Shown one piece after another: positions 34,325 through 47,321 of a stretch of 51,484 nucleotides of DNA (positions within the stretch are counted from its first letter, which is position 1; each line of letters starts with the position of its first letter). The notes beneath the pieces were generated by a model. It was not told the DNA's origin, did not search any database, and was given only the letters and a program-made list of their open reading frames with translations. The position numbers and the translations under genes are program-made. Source of the stretch: Octopus bimaculoides (lineage: Eukaryota); assembly GCF_001194135.2 (NCBI RefSeq), contig NC_068984.1, forward strand, positions 7,992,256-8,043,739, given 5' to 3'.

Positions 34325-34440
34325 TACATGACTCCGGATTCAGTCCCACAGCGTGACAACTTGAGCAAGTGTCTTATACTATACCTCCGAGCCGACCAAG
34401 GCCTTGAGAATGGATTTGGTAGACGGAAACTGATAGAAGC
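34325..34440 (+). mobile_element. SINE family A, head/body fragment
   Basis: ccggattcagtcccac...gatttggtagacggaaactga. Confidence 0.8.
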
Positions 34441-34928
34441 TCATCAAGAAACAAATTAAAGATAATGATATTTGCATATTTTTCTTTTATTGGAGCAAAT
34501 TTGGCTTACAGCTGTTTCGAGTAGTCATTATAGGTACATTACTGATCGGTTTACCCAGTCGGGCTATTGATGAATTCAGGAAGATTGAACGACCTAAGAA
34601 ACTTAGTGCTACATTCATCCGAGCCATTTCTAGTTATAACAAGCAGAGCACTGAAGGAATGGCTATTACATGGGGAAGGTGGAAGGGAAAAGTAGAAATA
34701 TTCAAGCAGAATAATGAATAGAGGTAGACAGATTACAATAGGGTAGACGTAGGTAAGGGGATGGTATAAGAGTCACCTACGGGAAGCAGGGCCTTTGTAT
34801 TGCCAAATTTGGAAGAGGGACACTCCTAAGACATTAGTGTTTGTAGTCAGGTCAACACTCATTACCATATTAGCATTGTAGACAACCTTGGACCCTATCA
34901 CAATATTACCTTGAGTTCTTCACTAATC

Positions 34929-35107
34929 TAGTGTATTTTAACGAGTAGAAGGAACCCTTGTGTATAAGGAACACCTAAACTTTTGGGGCTTAAAATTTGA
35001 AAAAAGTTTTTGTAAGGGATTATAATATCCATGTATAAGGAACTGCCATATTTTTCTAACCTAATTTTTGGCCAAAAAGGGTTCCTCGTTCATGTTAAAA
35101 TACGGTA
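34929..35107. mobile_element. pogo/Tc2-type MITE, degenerate
   Basis: Right end reverse-complemented TACCGTATTTTAACATGAACGAGGAACCC versus left end TAGTGTATTTTAACGAGTAGAAGGAACCC; internal tgtataaggaac repeated. Confidence 0.6.
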
Positions 35108-35176
35108 AGTAATATTGTTAGTCCGGTGTGCCAATAGAAAGCTTATGAAATATTTTACCTGAACTGGTAATTCCTC

Positions 35177-35253
<77 letters not shown>

Positions 35254-35507
35254 TTCAAAATTATACAAAAAATAGACAGAGACAGGTGCGCGAACAACAG
35301 AATGTATTAGTTTGATGCTGAGGAAAAATTGTAGTCTTCGACGTTTTGAGACTACGCCCTTCTACAGAAAAGAATGAAGAAAGAAAACAAAGAAAAAGAG
35401 TAAAAATATCGGAGAGAGAAACAAAAAACCCGTCTGGGTTAAGGGTTGTACATGTTGAATTGACCGGAAGGAAGGATATGGCAAGGGAGACAACAGTAAT
35501 CTGGATA

Positions 35508-35549
<42 letters not shown>

Positions 35550-35552
<3 letters not shown>

Positions 35553-35735
35553 TTCGGCACCACCGCTTGGCAACCGATGCTGGTTTGTTTACGTCCTCCC
35601 TAATTCAGCGGTTCGATAAAAGAAGTCTATAGTATAATGACCAGGATTAAGAAACCAAGTACTAGAGTCGATTAGTTCATTAAGTCAGTACTCTAGCATG
35701 GCCGCAGTCTTATCACCGAAACAAGTAAAAGATAA
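35550..35735 (+). mobile_element. SINE family A, 3' half
   Basis: cgcttggcaaccgatgctgg...agcatggccgcagtc...gaaacaagtaaaagataaaa. Confidence 0.8.
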
Positions 35736-36925
35736 AATCCGGAAAGGATAAAAGGCAAAACTGATGCCGTTATGGCAAGTAGGAACTAAAAACAAAGCCA
35801 TCCTGAAACCGGAGGCTTTGGCCGAATACTTACACCAGATACATGCATACGTTGGTGATATTAATCCGGGCGACTTGCTATGTGTACCAACTGTGTTAAT
35901 TCATAACAGGAATTCAAGGCTAAGCTTCACCAACTGGAATGATTAGCACCAGGCATCTGCTCCGACGTTCTTTGTATATTTCAGGCCAGCTTCTCTCGTT
36001 ATCGTCCTCGGAGGAATAGGTTTGAACTTCTGTAACAGTATTTCTGTAACAGAAATCCCCGAAACATTTTTATCTGACGCTGTAACGACGCTGCTCATAT
36101 ATATATACATATATATATATGTATATATATATATATATGTGTGTATATATACATATACAGATTTCTCTCATTCCTCTATCGCCTATGAGTTTCTAGCGTA
36201 TTTCCCATGACGGATTTCTCATTCAATTTTAACCGCAACGTCAAGATATTACTACTGTAGATTACTATGTAAATTTCAATCCTTCTTAAATATCAATAAT
36301 ATCANNNNNNNNNNNNNNNNNNNNNNNNNNNNNNNNNNNNNNNNNNNNNNNNNNNNNNNNNNNNNNNNNNNNNNNNNNNNNNNNNNNNNNNNNNNNNNNN
36401 NNNNNNNNNNNNNNNNNNNNNNNNNNNNNNNNNNNNNNNNNNNNNNNNNNNNNNNNNNNNNNNNNNNNNNNNNNNNNNNNNNNNNNNNNNNNNNNNNNNN
36501 NNNNNNNNNNNNNNNNNNNNNNNNNNNNNNNNNNNNNNNNNNNNNNNNNNNNNNNNNNNNNNNNNNNNNNNNNNNNNNNNNNNNNNNNNNNNNNNNNNNN
36601 NNNNNNNNNNNNNNNNNNNNNNNNNNNNNNNNNNNNNNNNNNNNNNNNNNNNNNNNNNNNNNNNNNNNNNNNNNNNNNNNNNNNNNNNNNNNNNNNNNNN
36701 NNNNNNNNNNNNNNNNNNNNNNNNNNNNNNNNNNNNNNNNNNNNNNNNNNNNNNNNNNNNNNNNNNNNNNNNNNNNNNNNNNNNNNNNNNNNNNNNNNNN
36801 NNNNNNNNNNNNNNNNNNNNNNNNNNNNNNNNNNNNNNNNNNNNNNNNNNNNNNNNNNNNNNNNNNNNNNNNNNNNNNNNNNNNNNNNNNNNNNNNNNNN
36901 NNNNNNNNNNNNNNNNNNNNNNNNN

Positions 36926-36958
<33 letters not shown>

Positions 36959-37240
36959 GTATATATATATATATATGTGTGTATATATACATATACAGAT
37001 TTCTCTCATTCCTCTATCGCCTATGAGTTTCTAGCGTATTTCCCATGACGGATTTCTCATTCAATTTTAACCGCAACGTCAAGATATTACTACTGTAGAT
37101 TACTATGTAAATTTCAATCCTTCTTAAATATCAATAATATCAAAACATCTGAGAACAATAAACTCTTTTCAACAAAGATTCAAGCTCGTTTTACCAGCTT
37201 GATTTCGAAGCTTATTGTTCTCGATAGGTACCACGCATTA

Positions 37241-37740
37241 TACAGGGTGGCCACAAAGTCACGTACCATGGGAGACATCAGGTATGCTTTATTAAAAATG
37301 AAGTAGGCAATCCATTAGAAATGTTCAAAGTGTTGGCCATGTAGCTCTTAATATTCAATTGGCCAGCATCGCCCGAGTCATCTCCCTGGAAAATGTTCAT
37401 TCAGAAAAATCACGAACCTGCAATGCATAATGGGGCGGAGCCCCCATCCTGCTGAAACCAGACAGGATTCCCCTTTCCAAGTGAATGAACGTGATACATC
37501 TTGTTGCCAAGCATGTCCAGATACAAACCACCTGTCAGAGTCCTCAAAATAAAATGGTCCAGTTACTTCATTGTGCCAAATTCCACACCGCATCATTACT
37601 TTGACCCCATCTTGTTGGTTATCTGCTTCCATCCAATGAGGATTGGTTTGTATCACAAACCAATAGTGACAGTTGTGAAAAGAGACTGTTAGCAATTTCA
37701 CATATTGCAGGATGGTGTGTGACTTTATGGCCACCCTATA
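37241..37740 (-). mobile_element. Internally deleted Tc1/mariner-superfamily transposon with TIRs and transposase remnant
   Basis: TIRs TA-CAGGGTGGCCACAAAGTCAC / GTGACTTTATGGCCACCCTA-TA. Minus-strand remnants NPHW...VKVMM.CGIW..EVTGPFYFE and FLNEHFPGR are typical of DD..D/E transposases. Confidence 0.88.
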
Positions 37741-40731
37741 TAGTTATCAACATATATTAGATCTGAATGCCATTAATAGAAACCAGAAGCCCTCAAATCA
37801 AATCGTACCGTCTTAGAGAAAAGAAAAAGAATAGAAGAAACATGTAAAATGTCTTAGAAATACAGGAAGACGTAAAAAGTAGGCAAGGATCAATTTTATC
37901 CATAGTTTTGCTCAATCAGGTCTTATCGGGGTTTAAGTAACAACATCGATATTTAGCTGAAGATTAATGAGCTTTAGTTTTAGATTAACGTGATCTTCCA
38001 GAGAAGGTTAGCTAAAAGTCCAGCAACCTTCAATTCAAAATCCTTTCAAGATTTTATCGACCCCTTGGATAGCTACATAGACACCACCCCACGGTGGGGG
38101 GGTCTCTTAACCCGTCCCCTGCTTTAGTGTCTCTCGTCTAGGCTAAATCCAACAAGGAGTCAATTTTGTTATTGGTTTGTTTAATCTTTGTGATAAGCTG
38201 TATTCTGCGCATACATTCGACGGGGATAGACCAGATATCCGAATCGATAGACAATCATTATCTGCGGGCTGAGGCTTTGTGTCTGGCATTGATAGAATAT
38301 TTATAAATATTTTGTTTTCATAATTATTTGATCATTTTCAAATATCTACAGGAATTGCGGACACCATGAAATGTGTTTTTCAATTTTAGTGTTTGCATTT
38401 GTTGATTACCGTAAAAATGGTTGTTTTTATTCAAACTCCTGCTTTCGATTTTCGAAATTGCGTTGGTTCTTCAATGTATCGCATTGAAAGGTGTAAAATA
38501 TAGCGAGTATCTTAAACATCATCATGGCAATCTATTCCTAACATTCCGATCTCTTATTAGTCATCATTTCTTTTGCCTGGAATTGTATTGCATACAGCTC
38601 TAAATACACTTTAAAATGTTTCAAAATAAACGCCTAAGATCACTTCATTGTCACTTAGCTGCTATCTTTGTGGCTATCGCTGTTTATTGTTGTCGTTAGC
38701 CAAAGGACAGCTCTTATTCCATGAGGAAAAGCATTCCGGATTTGACCATGCCACATGTTTTCTTTCCTTTTAGTTCTAATGCATCTAGGTCTGCCTTATC
38801 CCATGTGTTTTTCTAGTATTAAAGAAAAGAGAGTATTTAAGTGAGATTTATCAGCTATTTCTACCCCGATTGAATGACTACCTAGAGATCCCATCGTGGG
38901 TCCGTAAACACATTTTGCAGTGTTCAGTAATTCAACGCTGATAAAGACGTTTTCAATGCGAAGTTGGCTAGCAAATCATCAGGTGTTAAATCAAACTCCC
39001 TATTTTTGTTTGTTTGAAGAAAAGTTCCTTAAAGTAAACGGGTGTCATGGCTAATCTGAGATTTGTCGCTCAGCCTCATATCCCCCCAAAGAAAGCTGAG
39101 GGGATCCTCGAACTTGTGAATCATAAATAGCTGTGAGAACCAACTATATCAAACGTGAGTAACAACGGATATTAGAGACAATACAACTTGTCACGTGGCT
39201 TAGCGTTTGTATTTTAATCTCTGATTCTTGCATTTTAATTAATGAAGTGAGATTAGATGTGACGAAGAAAGATTTCATCACTGGATGATGTAAAATTTCT
39301 AATCTGAGCGAAGTCCATTCCTGAGAGTAGGCAGGGACTATCTTGGAATTTCTTTTAAACTGAAATATGCGATGACAGATATCGTCTGGCAAACCTCCTT
39401 CTCTTGTCTTCGCTCATCTTACTAGTTCAAGTCGTTCATCTCTTCAATATTTTATTCTCTTAAACTATTCATAGTCGAAGCCGCCTGTCCATATTAAACA
39501 CCCCCACTATTTGTTTAGTTCGTTCAATCTTTCTGGTTCTATTCTTATAAATTTCAAACAATGGCTCCTTTGAAACCATCCAATTCCAGCACGTCAGAGA
39601 GATAGGGCAAACGGGGGAGACTATCTATATACATATAGCATACACACAAGCACTCATAAACACACGCACACATGCACGCACGCACACACATGCAAATACT
39701 CACACGCACACATTCGCTCACACACACACGTACACACAAATTTATACCTATATAACTATATATATACATACATATACATATATATATACATATATGTATA
39801 TATGTATATATAAACATACATATATATGTGTATGTGTGTGTGTGTGTGTGCATATATATATATATNNNNNNNNNNNNNNNNNNNNNNNNNNNNNNNNNNN
39901 NNNNNNNNNNNNNNNNNNNNNNNNNNNNNNNNNNNNNNNNNNNNNNNNNNNNNNNNNNNNNNNNNNNNNNNNNNNNNNNNNNNNNNNNNNNNNNNNNNNN
40001 NNNNNNNNNNNNNNNNNNNNNNNNNNNNNNNNNNNNNNNNNNNNNNNNNNNNNNNNNNNNNNNNNNNNNNNNNNNNNNNNNNNNNNNNNNNNNNNNNNNN
40101 NNNNNNNNNNNNNNNNNNNNNNNNNNNNNNNNNNNNNNNNNNNNNNNNNNNNNNNNNNNNNNNNNNNNNNNNNNNNNNNNNNNNNNNNNNNNNNNNNNNN
40201 NNNNNNNNNNNNNNNNNNNNNNNNNNNNTGTATTCGTATACGTATGTATGTTTGTGAATATATATATATATTCACAAACATACATACGTATACGAATACA
40301 TATATGTACCAACAGAGAAGAGGTTGAGGAGAAGAGAGAGAGAGAGAGTGAGAGGTGAAATATTTAACGTAATTTAGACAACAATTATAATTCCCAATTA
40401 GTTAAGCCATAAAAATCCAAATACATTTTGTCTGCCAGAATTGAATTTCCTTTTTACTTTTTTCTTTTTTTTCTAAATTCTTTGTTTTCTCTTTTCTTGA
40501 ATGGAATTCATTGTTTCCTTTAACGTGGAAACATAGAAAGACCATGATTCATGGATGTATTTCCATTGCAGGGTGGGTGGTTAATGCCAGCACTGGCTGA
40601 ATATTTCCAGTGTTCATTCTTAGAAACGTTTATCAACGACATTAAACAACCCAAAACGGTTTAATTTAAAGAATAATAATACACAAGCAAGAAATATAGT
40701 GGAAAAAAAAAAGCTAAGTTTCTTCTTCAGA

Positions 40732-40950
40732 CTCATAAAAGCCGGTTTCCCGGTTTCCATGGTGTATATATCCTCTTCATGGATGGAACGCTAGTCCGTC
40801 GCAGGACTACTCCTTCTTGCCAGCTCATTGGACACGAGCAATGTGAAATGAAGTGTTTTGCTCAAGAGCACAACGCGCCACTCGGATCTGGAATCGAAAC
40901 CGCAATCTTACGATTATGAGTCGAATAACCTAACCACTTAGCAACGCGCC
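40732..40950 (-). mobile_element. SINE family D
   Basis: Minus strand: ggcgcgttgctaagtggttagg..gcggtttcgattcc..gttgtgctcttgagcaaaacacttcatttcac..atggaaaccgggaaaccggc. Confidence 0.8.
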
Positions 40951-41029
40951 AAGAAATATAAACTTGTTTTCAATTCTACTCGACGAAATCTGATTTGATT
41001 TTAGAATTTTAAGATTTTAGTTTATAAAA

Positions 41030-41370
41030 TACAAGCAGCTTAAATGAGGTTTCTCCAAAGGAACTCTGGAGTAACGTCACTCGACAGAGAACAGAGCTCA
41101 GAGACCAGGGAATCTTTAATCCGAACCAACTGGTACAAGACCCGGGGTGGGGGACCAAGAATAAGATGGTTGGAAATATCCATAACCTCCGTTGGTCACT
41201 CTTGGAAATCCAGCAGGAAAATGTAATGAAGGTTATTTCAGTCAAGATCCAATGAAGGAGGAACCTGTGGGCCCTTCTTATATGGCTCCCAGGAAGAGAG
41301 GGGTGGAAAGAAATGGTTGGATGGGATGGATGGATGAATAGATGGAGGGATGGATGAATGAACGGATATT
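41030..41370 (+). mobile_element. RTE-clade (Rex3/Expander-like) LINE 3' fragment
   Basis: QAA*MRFLQRNSGVTSLDREQSSETRESL (cf. AAEMRFLRRxxGxxxxDRVRSSxIRExL), then PRIRWL..IHNLRWSLLEIQ across a frameshift; (GGAT/GATG)n tail. Confidence 0.7.
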
Positions 41371-41534
41371 GGACAATAAGATGATGTGTAGCTTTCCTAG
41401 CAGATCGTGTGCCGTACAACTTGTCAGTGGCTCAAGGGTTTATAATAATCTCATTGTCACTAAGCTGTCTTCGACGTAAATCTCCTCTTCACAAAGCTGT
41501 GAATTGGAACTAGGGTAAAATGTAACTGGCTATT

Positions 41535-41942
41535 AGTTGGTTTGTGGTAAAAAAGTTTGTTTCCCAACCGCATGGTTCCGGGTTCAATACCATTGCGTGG
41601 AAATTTGGACAAGTGCCTTCTACCATGGCATTGGGCCGACCAAAGCCTTGTATATAAATTATGTAGACTGAAACTGAAAGATCCCCTTCGAATATATATG
41701 TGTACATGTGTATGTATGTGTGTGTGAAAGTCTTTGTGTTTGTTTGTGTATTATGTCTTTGTGACAGAGTTTGTCCCACCATCGCCATCATTGGCGCCAC
41801 TTGACAACAGGTGCTGATGTGTTTACGTTCTCGTAACTTAAACAAATAAGTACTGGGGTCGATTCATTCGTCCAAAAATTCTTCAAGGCAGTGCCCCAGC
41901 ATGGCCGCGGTCTAATCACTTAAACAAGTAAAAGCTAAAAGA
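41535..41942 (+). mobile_element. SINE family A, degenerate full length
   Basis: Colinear with other family A copies. Confidence 0.85.
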
Positions 41943-43684
41943 TATTGTAAGACACGGTGTCACTTTAAATTTCAGAAGGTTTCGGTAATTGAAACTGCTG
42001 AGATTACGTCTCCTCTTTACATTGATTCCTCTTGGATCTTGGAGAATATTGTTGAACAATGCACAGATCTGTCTTCGAAATATTGTATGGAGGAAACTAT
42101 TTTTCAGGTGCATAATAGCATAATTAGCTACAATAATTACATCAATAAAATATTGAATCATGTATTTATTTGATTAATACAGAGTTCTGCCGAGGTCGAC
42201 TTTGCCTTTCATCTTTCTGGAGTCGATAACATAAGTTTATTATTAATCCTAAATTTATTGATTATCAATAAATTGCTAACAGGGATCTGTTTGATCCTTC
42301 TTCTATCATAATTATGTTTTACATATTGTCATATAGTTTAGAGGAAGAGTATTAAAAAAATCTGGCACTCCATCGGTTACAACGACGTTGACCTCGGCGG
42401 AATTTTAACTGAGGGTATGAAAGATCTTAAATAAGATACTGCAAGGCATTTTATTCGTCTCATTCCCGCTCTACAAGACTTTCACAATTAATACAAATAA
42501 ACTCTGCTAATCTACCACACTTTCACAATTATAATGAAAGGCTTATAAAGCATATTGTAATCAACCAAATAAATTGTGAGATTTACTAATACCAATAAAT
42601 ATTGAGACTGTTGTACTGATCTGATTTTCATGACTCGCACAAGGCTTTACTGTTCGGCAGTAAATTACATGCGATTGAATCAGAAAGGATCCGAAGCAAA
42701 ATTTTCTGAATTTTCAGAGGATTTAGTTTTACTATTGTGGCCATATACTTGTAACTTCATTTATTGAATATATGCGCTTTTTATTAATTACACTAGCAAA
42801 AAAGATCACCCTACGATTTGAAACTTATTTGTAGAAAATACCAATAAAAATATCCATTTTACAATAACTCATGAGAAAATAAATTCAGGTGGGACACAAT
42901 TCTGTTCTTCTGTCGATGTATAAACAGAGATTTAAGAAAGAAAAAAAAAAACACTATCCCACTGTGTGTGATAACTACGTCGTAACGCATAAAGGTAGTT
43001 TTATGATTGCATCGTGAAGTTGAAATCTTTAATATTAACAAAGTTTCAAAACCACATTTTGATTTAAAATATATATATATATAAAATAGGAATTTATAAG
43101 AATTTCCTACGTAATGTAGATTTTAATGATTGCTTTCTTTTAGTACAAGTTACATACTCGAAATTAATTTATAAGCAACCCTCTCTTTTATAATATATAT
43201 GCTATTAAAGTTGTGGGATTTGTACCACAAAAATGCGAACACACATCTCTTGAGATAATGTAAAAACAAACAGACCACCTATGTTTATGAAAGTAACAAA
43301 GCAAATTCTAGTTCTTTCGAATAACAACAGAGTGTTTCTCCTCAGAATATTATCAAAACTTTATGAAAGAGACGAAGTTAACGAAAGCAAATAATTACTA
43401 CCGGTAAATTTAGCCAAACATTATTCTACTTATTATTTTATTCTTTACGCTAAGTTTTTTTTTATACATACATACATACATACATACATACATTCATATA
43501 TNNNNNNNNNNNNNNNNNNNNNNNNNNNNNNNNNNNNNNNNNNNNNNNNNNNNNNNNNNNNNNNNNNNNNNNNNNNNNNNNNNNNNNNNNNNNNNNNNNN
43601 NNNNNNNNNNNNNNNNNNNNNNNNNNNNNNNNNNNNNNNNNNNNNNNNNNNNNNNNNNNNNNNNNNNNNNNNNNNNNNNNNNNC

Positions 43685-43733
<49 letters not shown>

Positions 43734-44154
43734 CAAGGGGTAAGATGACAGCTAAGTTGATAAAGAAAGAAGACGAGAATTACCAGCTTCCTGATTAGGA
43801 GCAGTACGATATAGCTCAATCTACAAACAAGTGGCACATCTCCTCTATCTGATAACTTAATAAGTCTTGTTTATAGAGGGTGTGGTGAATGATGTCAACT
43901 CTATACTACTTACGTCCACCAACAACATTCCACGTGCGAACTCTAATGAAAACTTCTAATTTACTTGATAACAACGAAACAAACACTGTAATAAACAACA
44001 CATGAGAAAATTAGTATGTTTTGATATAGATCATTGGTTGTACTTATTCTTCACACATCGTATTATTCTCAGGAACAGTAGAAAATTGTAAAGAGGAATT
44101 TATGACGTTCATACATTCATCAAGATTAAAATATTGGTAGATGGTTAGCGATTT

Positions 44155-44495
44155 AGGGGGAGGGGTGAGTCACTCAGACAGACACTAGTCTTAAACTGGT
44201 ACGTATCTTTTCGACCCCAAACGGAAGAAAGGCAAAGTCGACGTCGGTGGAATTTGAACACAAAACATACAGATGAACGAAACGCTGCTAAGCAATTTGC
44301 TCCACGTGCGGACGATTCAGCATGATCGCCGCCTTTTTTATGACGATCAATATCACTTTCAAAGTTTGGTACAATGCCAACAATTTTGGGGATGGAGAAG
44401 TCAATTACGTCGACCCTAGATTTTAAACTGGTACTTATTTTATCGACCCAGAAACGATGAAAGGTAAAGTCCCTTCGGGCAGAATTTGAACTTGA
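44155..44495 (-). mobile_element. Two adjacent SINE family B copies (about 44155-44335 and 44362-44495)
   Basis: Each has aactggtac..at...tcgaccc..aa.cg..gaaagg.aaagtc...cgg.ggaatttgaac. Confidence 0.8.
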
Positions 44496-45276
44496 AGGAA
44501 TGAAATGACGAACGAAAAGTCTTCGAAACTAGAGAATTTTCTGAACGCAGTAGTGTGTGAATAGATGAATTGTTGATGACATTTGGAGAATAGAAATAGA
44601 GATAGACTGGAGAAGAGCCTCGTAGTTCGCTTCACGCATTGTAGTATAGAAGTAGAACAATAAATGAAATGAGAAATGAAGCTTCTAAAAATGCAGTAAG
44701 TTTTACAAACTTTTATATTTCTGGTGCAAAGGCCTATCTTCACAAGGATGCAGTCAAGGAAATGTTTTTACATAGACTATTGTTTTGGATAGCCGGATAG
44801 GCTGTGACCCCGTTTTAATCCGGGATCAGTACCTGTATCTTTGAGAATAGGCATTTGCACCCAAAGTAGAAAGAATAATAAATCGTTCTGCATACGTTAT
44901 CTCTTATTTTATTTATTATTCTACAAAGATAAATTAAATTAAAATAAATTTTAAAAAACATAAAGGAAAACATACACTCGTTCGCTCTCTAAGACATAAA
45001 AAGGGGAGAGTCCTGAATGAGTACGAATTTGAAAGCCGGGGTTAAGTTCCAGGATAGCTTTATGTTGTTCTAGCAATAACGTTGAGCAAAATGAAAATAG
45101 AACCAATCTTCTAGTCGTATGTGTTGAACAATTCTTTGATGGAATGAAATCGAAATAAAGAAAACAAAGATCATACAGGAATCGAAACATGGTAGATTGG
45201 GAGAAATGATGTTGGTACACAACATATGGCTGTCGACTATCGATTTTTATTTATTTAAAAACTAAGAAGATCACAG

Positions 45277-45735
45277 CGTGGTTGTGTGGCAAGTAGCTTG
45301 CTTACCAACCACATGGTTCCAGGTTCAGTCCAACTGTGTGATACTTTAGACAAGTGTCATCTACTATAACCATGGGCCGACCTAAGCCTCGTGAGTGGGT
45401 TTGGTAGACGGAAACTGAAAGAAGCCCGTTGTATGTATATACGTCTGTATGTGTGTTTGTGTGTAAGAGAGAGGCAGAGAGAGAAAGAGAGAGAGAAAGA
45501 GAGAAAGAGGGAGAGTTTGTGTCTGTCTTTCGCTCCACCACCACCACCACCACTTGACAACTGGGTTGGTGTGTTTATGTCCCCATAACTTAGAGGTTCA
45601 GCAAAGTGACCCATAAATTAAGCGCCAAGCTTAAAATAAAAATAGGCACTGGGTGTGGATTCATTTCACTAAAAATTCATCAAGGTGATGCTGCAGCATG
45701 ACCGCAGTCTAATGAGAAAAACAAGTAAAAGTTAA
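45277..45735 (+). mobile_element. SINE family A, full length with (TG)/(AG)/(CCA) core
   Basis: Colinear with other family A copies. Confidence 0.88.
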
Positions 45736-45819
45736 AAACAAACAAGCAGTATCCCAATTTTAATTATTCTTTTGGTCATTTCGTTGTTTTTCCATCATTT
45801 AAGGAATATTTATTGGAGT

Positions 45820-47247
45820 ACTAGCAGAAATACCCGGCTTTGCCCGGGTTAAAGAGAATAATGAAATCTAAAAACGCCGTCTAGACTACGCAACCCTCAA
45901 CTGTTAGTAGCTACGATACCATATTTCTACATTAATAACTCTCCAATCCATGCCAGCATGGAACATAGACATTAAGTGGAATGCCAGTCTCTCATCTAGG
46001 AGGGCCTTGAAATCAATGTTACCAACTGGGGACTATGTGTGTCGTAGTGATAATAAAAAGACCCAAAGGAGGTCTGCAACGAAATAATTTTACTCAACAC
46101 TTTGCAAGTGAATCAGTGGAGGCAAAGATGCGTCTCATTTACTTGACAATTTATGCACCACATTGCAGAAATCACAATGAAAGTATATNNNNNNNNNNNN
46201 NNNNNNNNNNNNNNNNNNNNNNNNNNNNNNNNNNNNNNNNNNNNNNNNNNNNNNNNNNNNNNNNNNNNNNNNNNNNNNNNNNNNNNNNNNNNNNNNNNNN
46301 NNNNNNNNNNNNNNNNNNNNNNNNNNNNNNNNNNNNNNNNNNNNNNNNNNNNNNNNNNNNNNNNNNNNNNNNNNNNNNNNNNNNNNNNNNNNNNNNNNNN
46401 NNNNNNNNNNNNNNNNNNNNNNNNNNNNNNNNNNNNNNNNNNNNNNNNNNNNNNNNNNNNNNNNNNNNNNNNNNNNNNNNNNNNNNNNNNNNNNNNNNNN
46501 NNNNNNNNNNNNNNNNNNNNNNNNNNNNNNNNNNNNNNNNNNNNNNNNNNNNNNNNNNNNNNNNNNNNNNNNNNNNNNNNNNNNNNNNNNNNNNNNNNNN
46601 NNNNNNNNNNNNNNNNNNNNNNNNNNNNNNNNNNNNNNNNNNNNNNNNNNNNNNNNNNNNNNNNNNNNNNNNNNNNNNNNNNNNNNNNNNNNNNNNNNNN
46701 NNNNNNNNNNNNNNNNNNNNNNNNNNNNNNNNNNNNNNNNNNNNNNNNNNNNNNNNNNNNNNNNNNNNNNNNNNNNNNNNNNNNNNNNNNNNNNNNNNNN
46801 NNNNNNNNNNNNNNNNNNNNNNNNNNNNNNNNNNNNNNNNNNNNNNNNNNNNNNNNNNNNNNNNNNNNNNNNNNNNNNNNNNNNNNNNNNNNNNNNNNNN
46901 NNNNNNNNNNNNNNNNNNNNNNNNNNNNNNNNNNNNNNNNNNNNNNNTTTCTATCGTTCTCTCTTTCTCTCTCTCTCTGAAAGTATCTGTCATTACAGTA
47001 TCGAAATGTGATTGTTTCAGTTAGTAGAATAGTTTCATTTTTAAAGTGAAAGTATTTGACATGAGTGTTTTTGTTTCACTTTTGACACGTAATACTTAAA
47101 TACTGGAGGAGATATTATGTTGCTGTGGGCTCGAACTCTGCAAGAAGTTAAAATTATTTTGACTAAAACACAACTGGAACCCTAAGTAAAGCATCTGTAA
47201 AATTTGAATGAAATTGGTTGCGTAGTTCTCGAGTTTTAGGGATTCAC

Positions 47248-47294
<47 letters not shown>

Positions 47295-47321
47295 CACATT
47301 CTCATTTTTATATATATAGAT
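45820..47321 (+). mobile_element. Helitron/Helentron-like non-autonomous (DINE-1/HINE-like) termini; one element or two fragments
   Basis: Start ACTAGCAGAAATACCCGGCTTTGCCCGGG. End tgtaaaatttgaatgaaattggttgcgtagttctcgagtt...(GACA)n..cattctcatttttatatatatagat. A 759-nt gap lies between them. Confidence 0.6.

Noticed and set aside
39144-39392. 82-aa minus-strand ORF
   Set aside because: Non-ATG start, no motif and no convincing splice signals.
45879-45886. Palindromic Smad-binding element GTCTAGAC as BMP autoregulation
   Set aside because: A single 8-mer is roughly expected by chance in 51 kb, and it lies inside a transposon 21 kb away.
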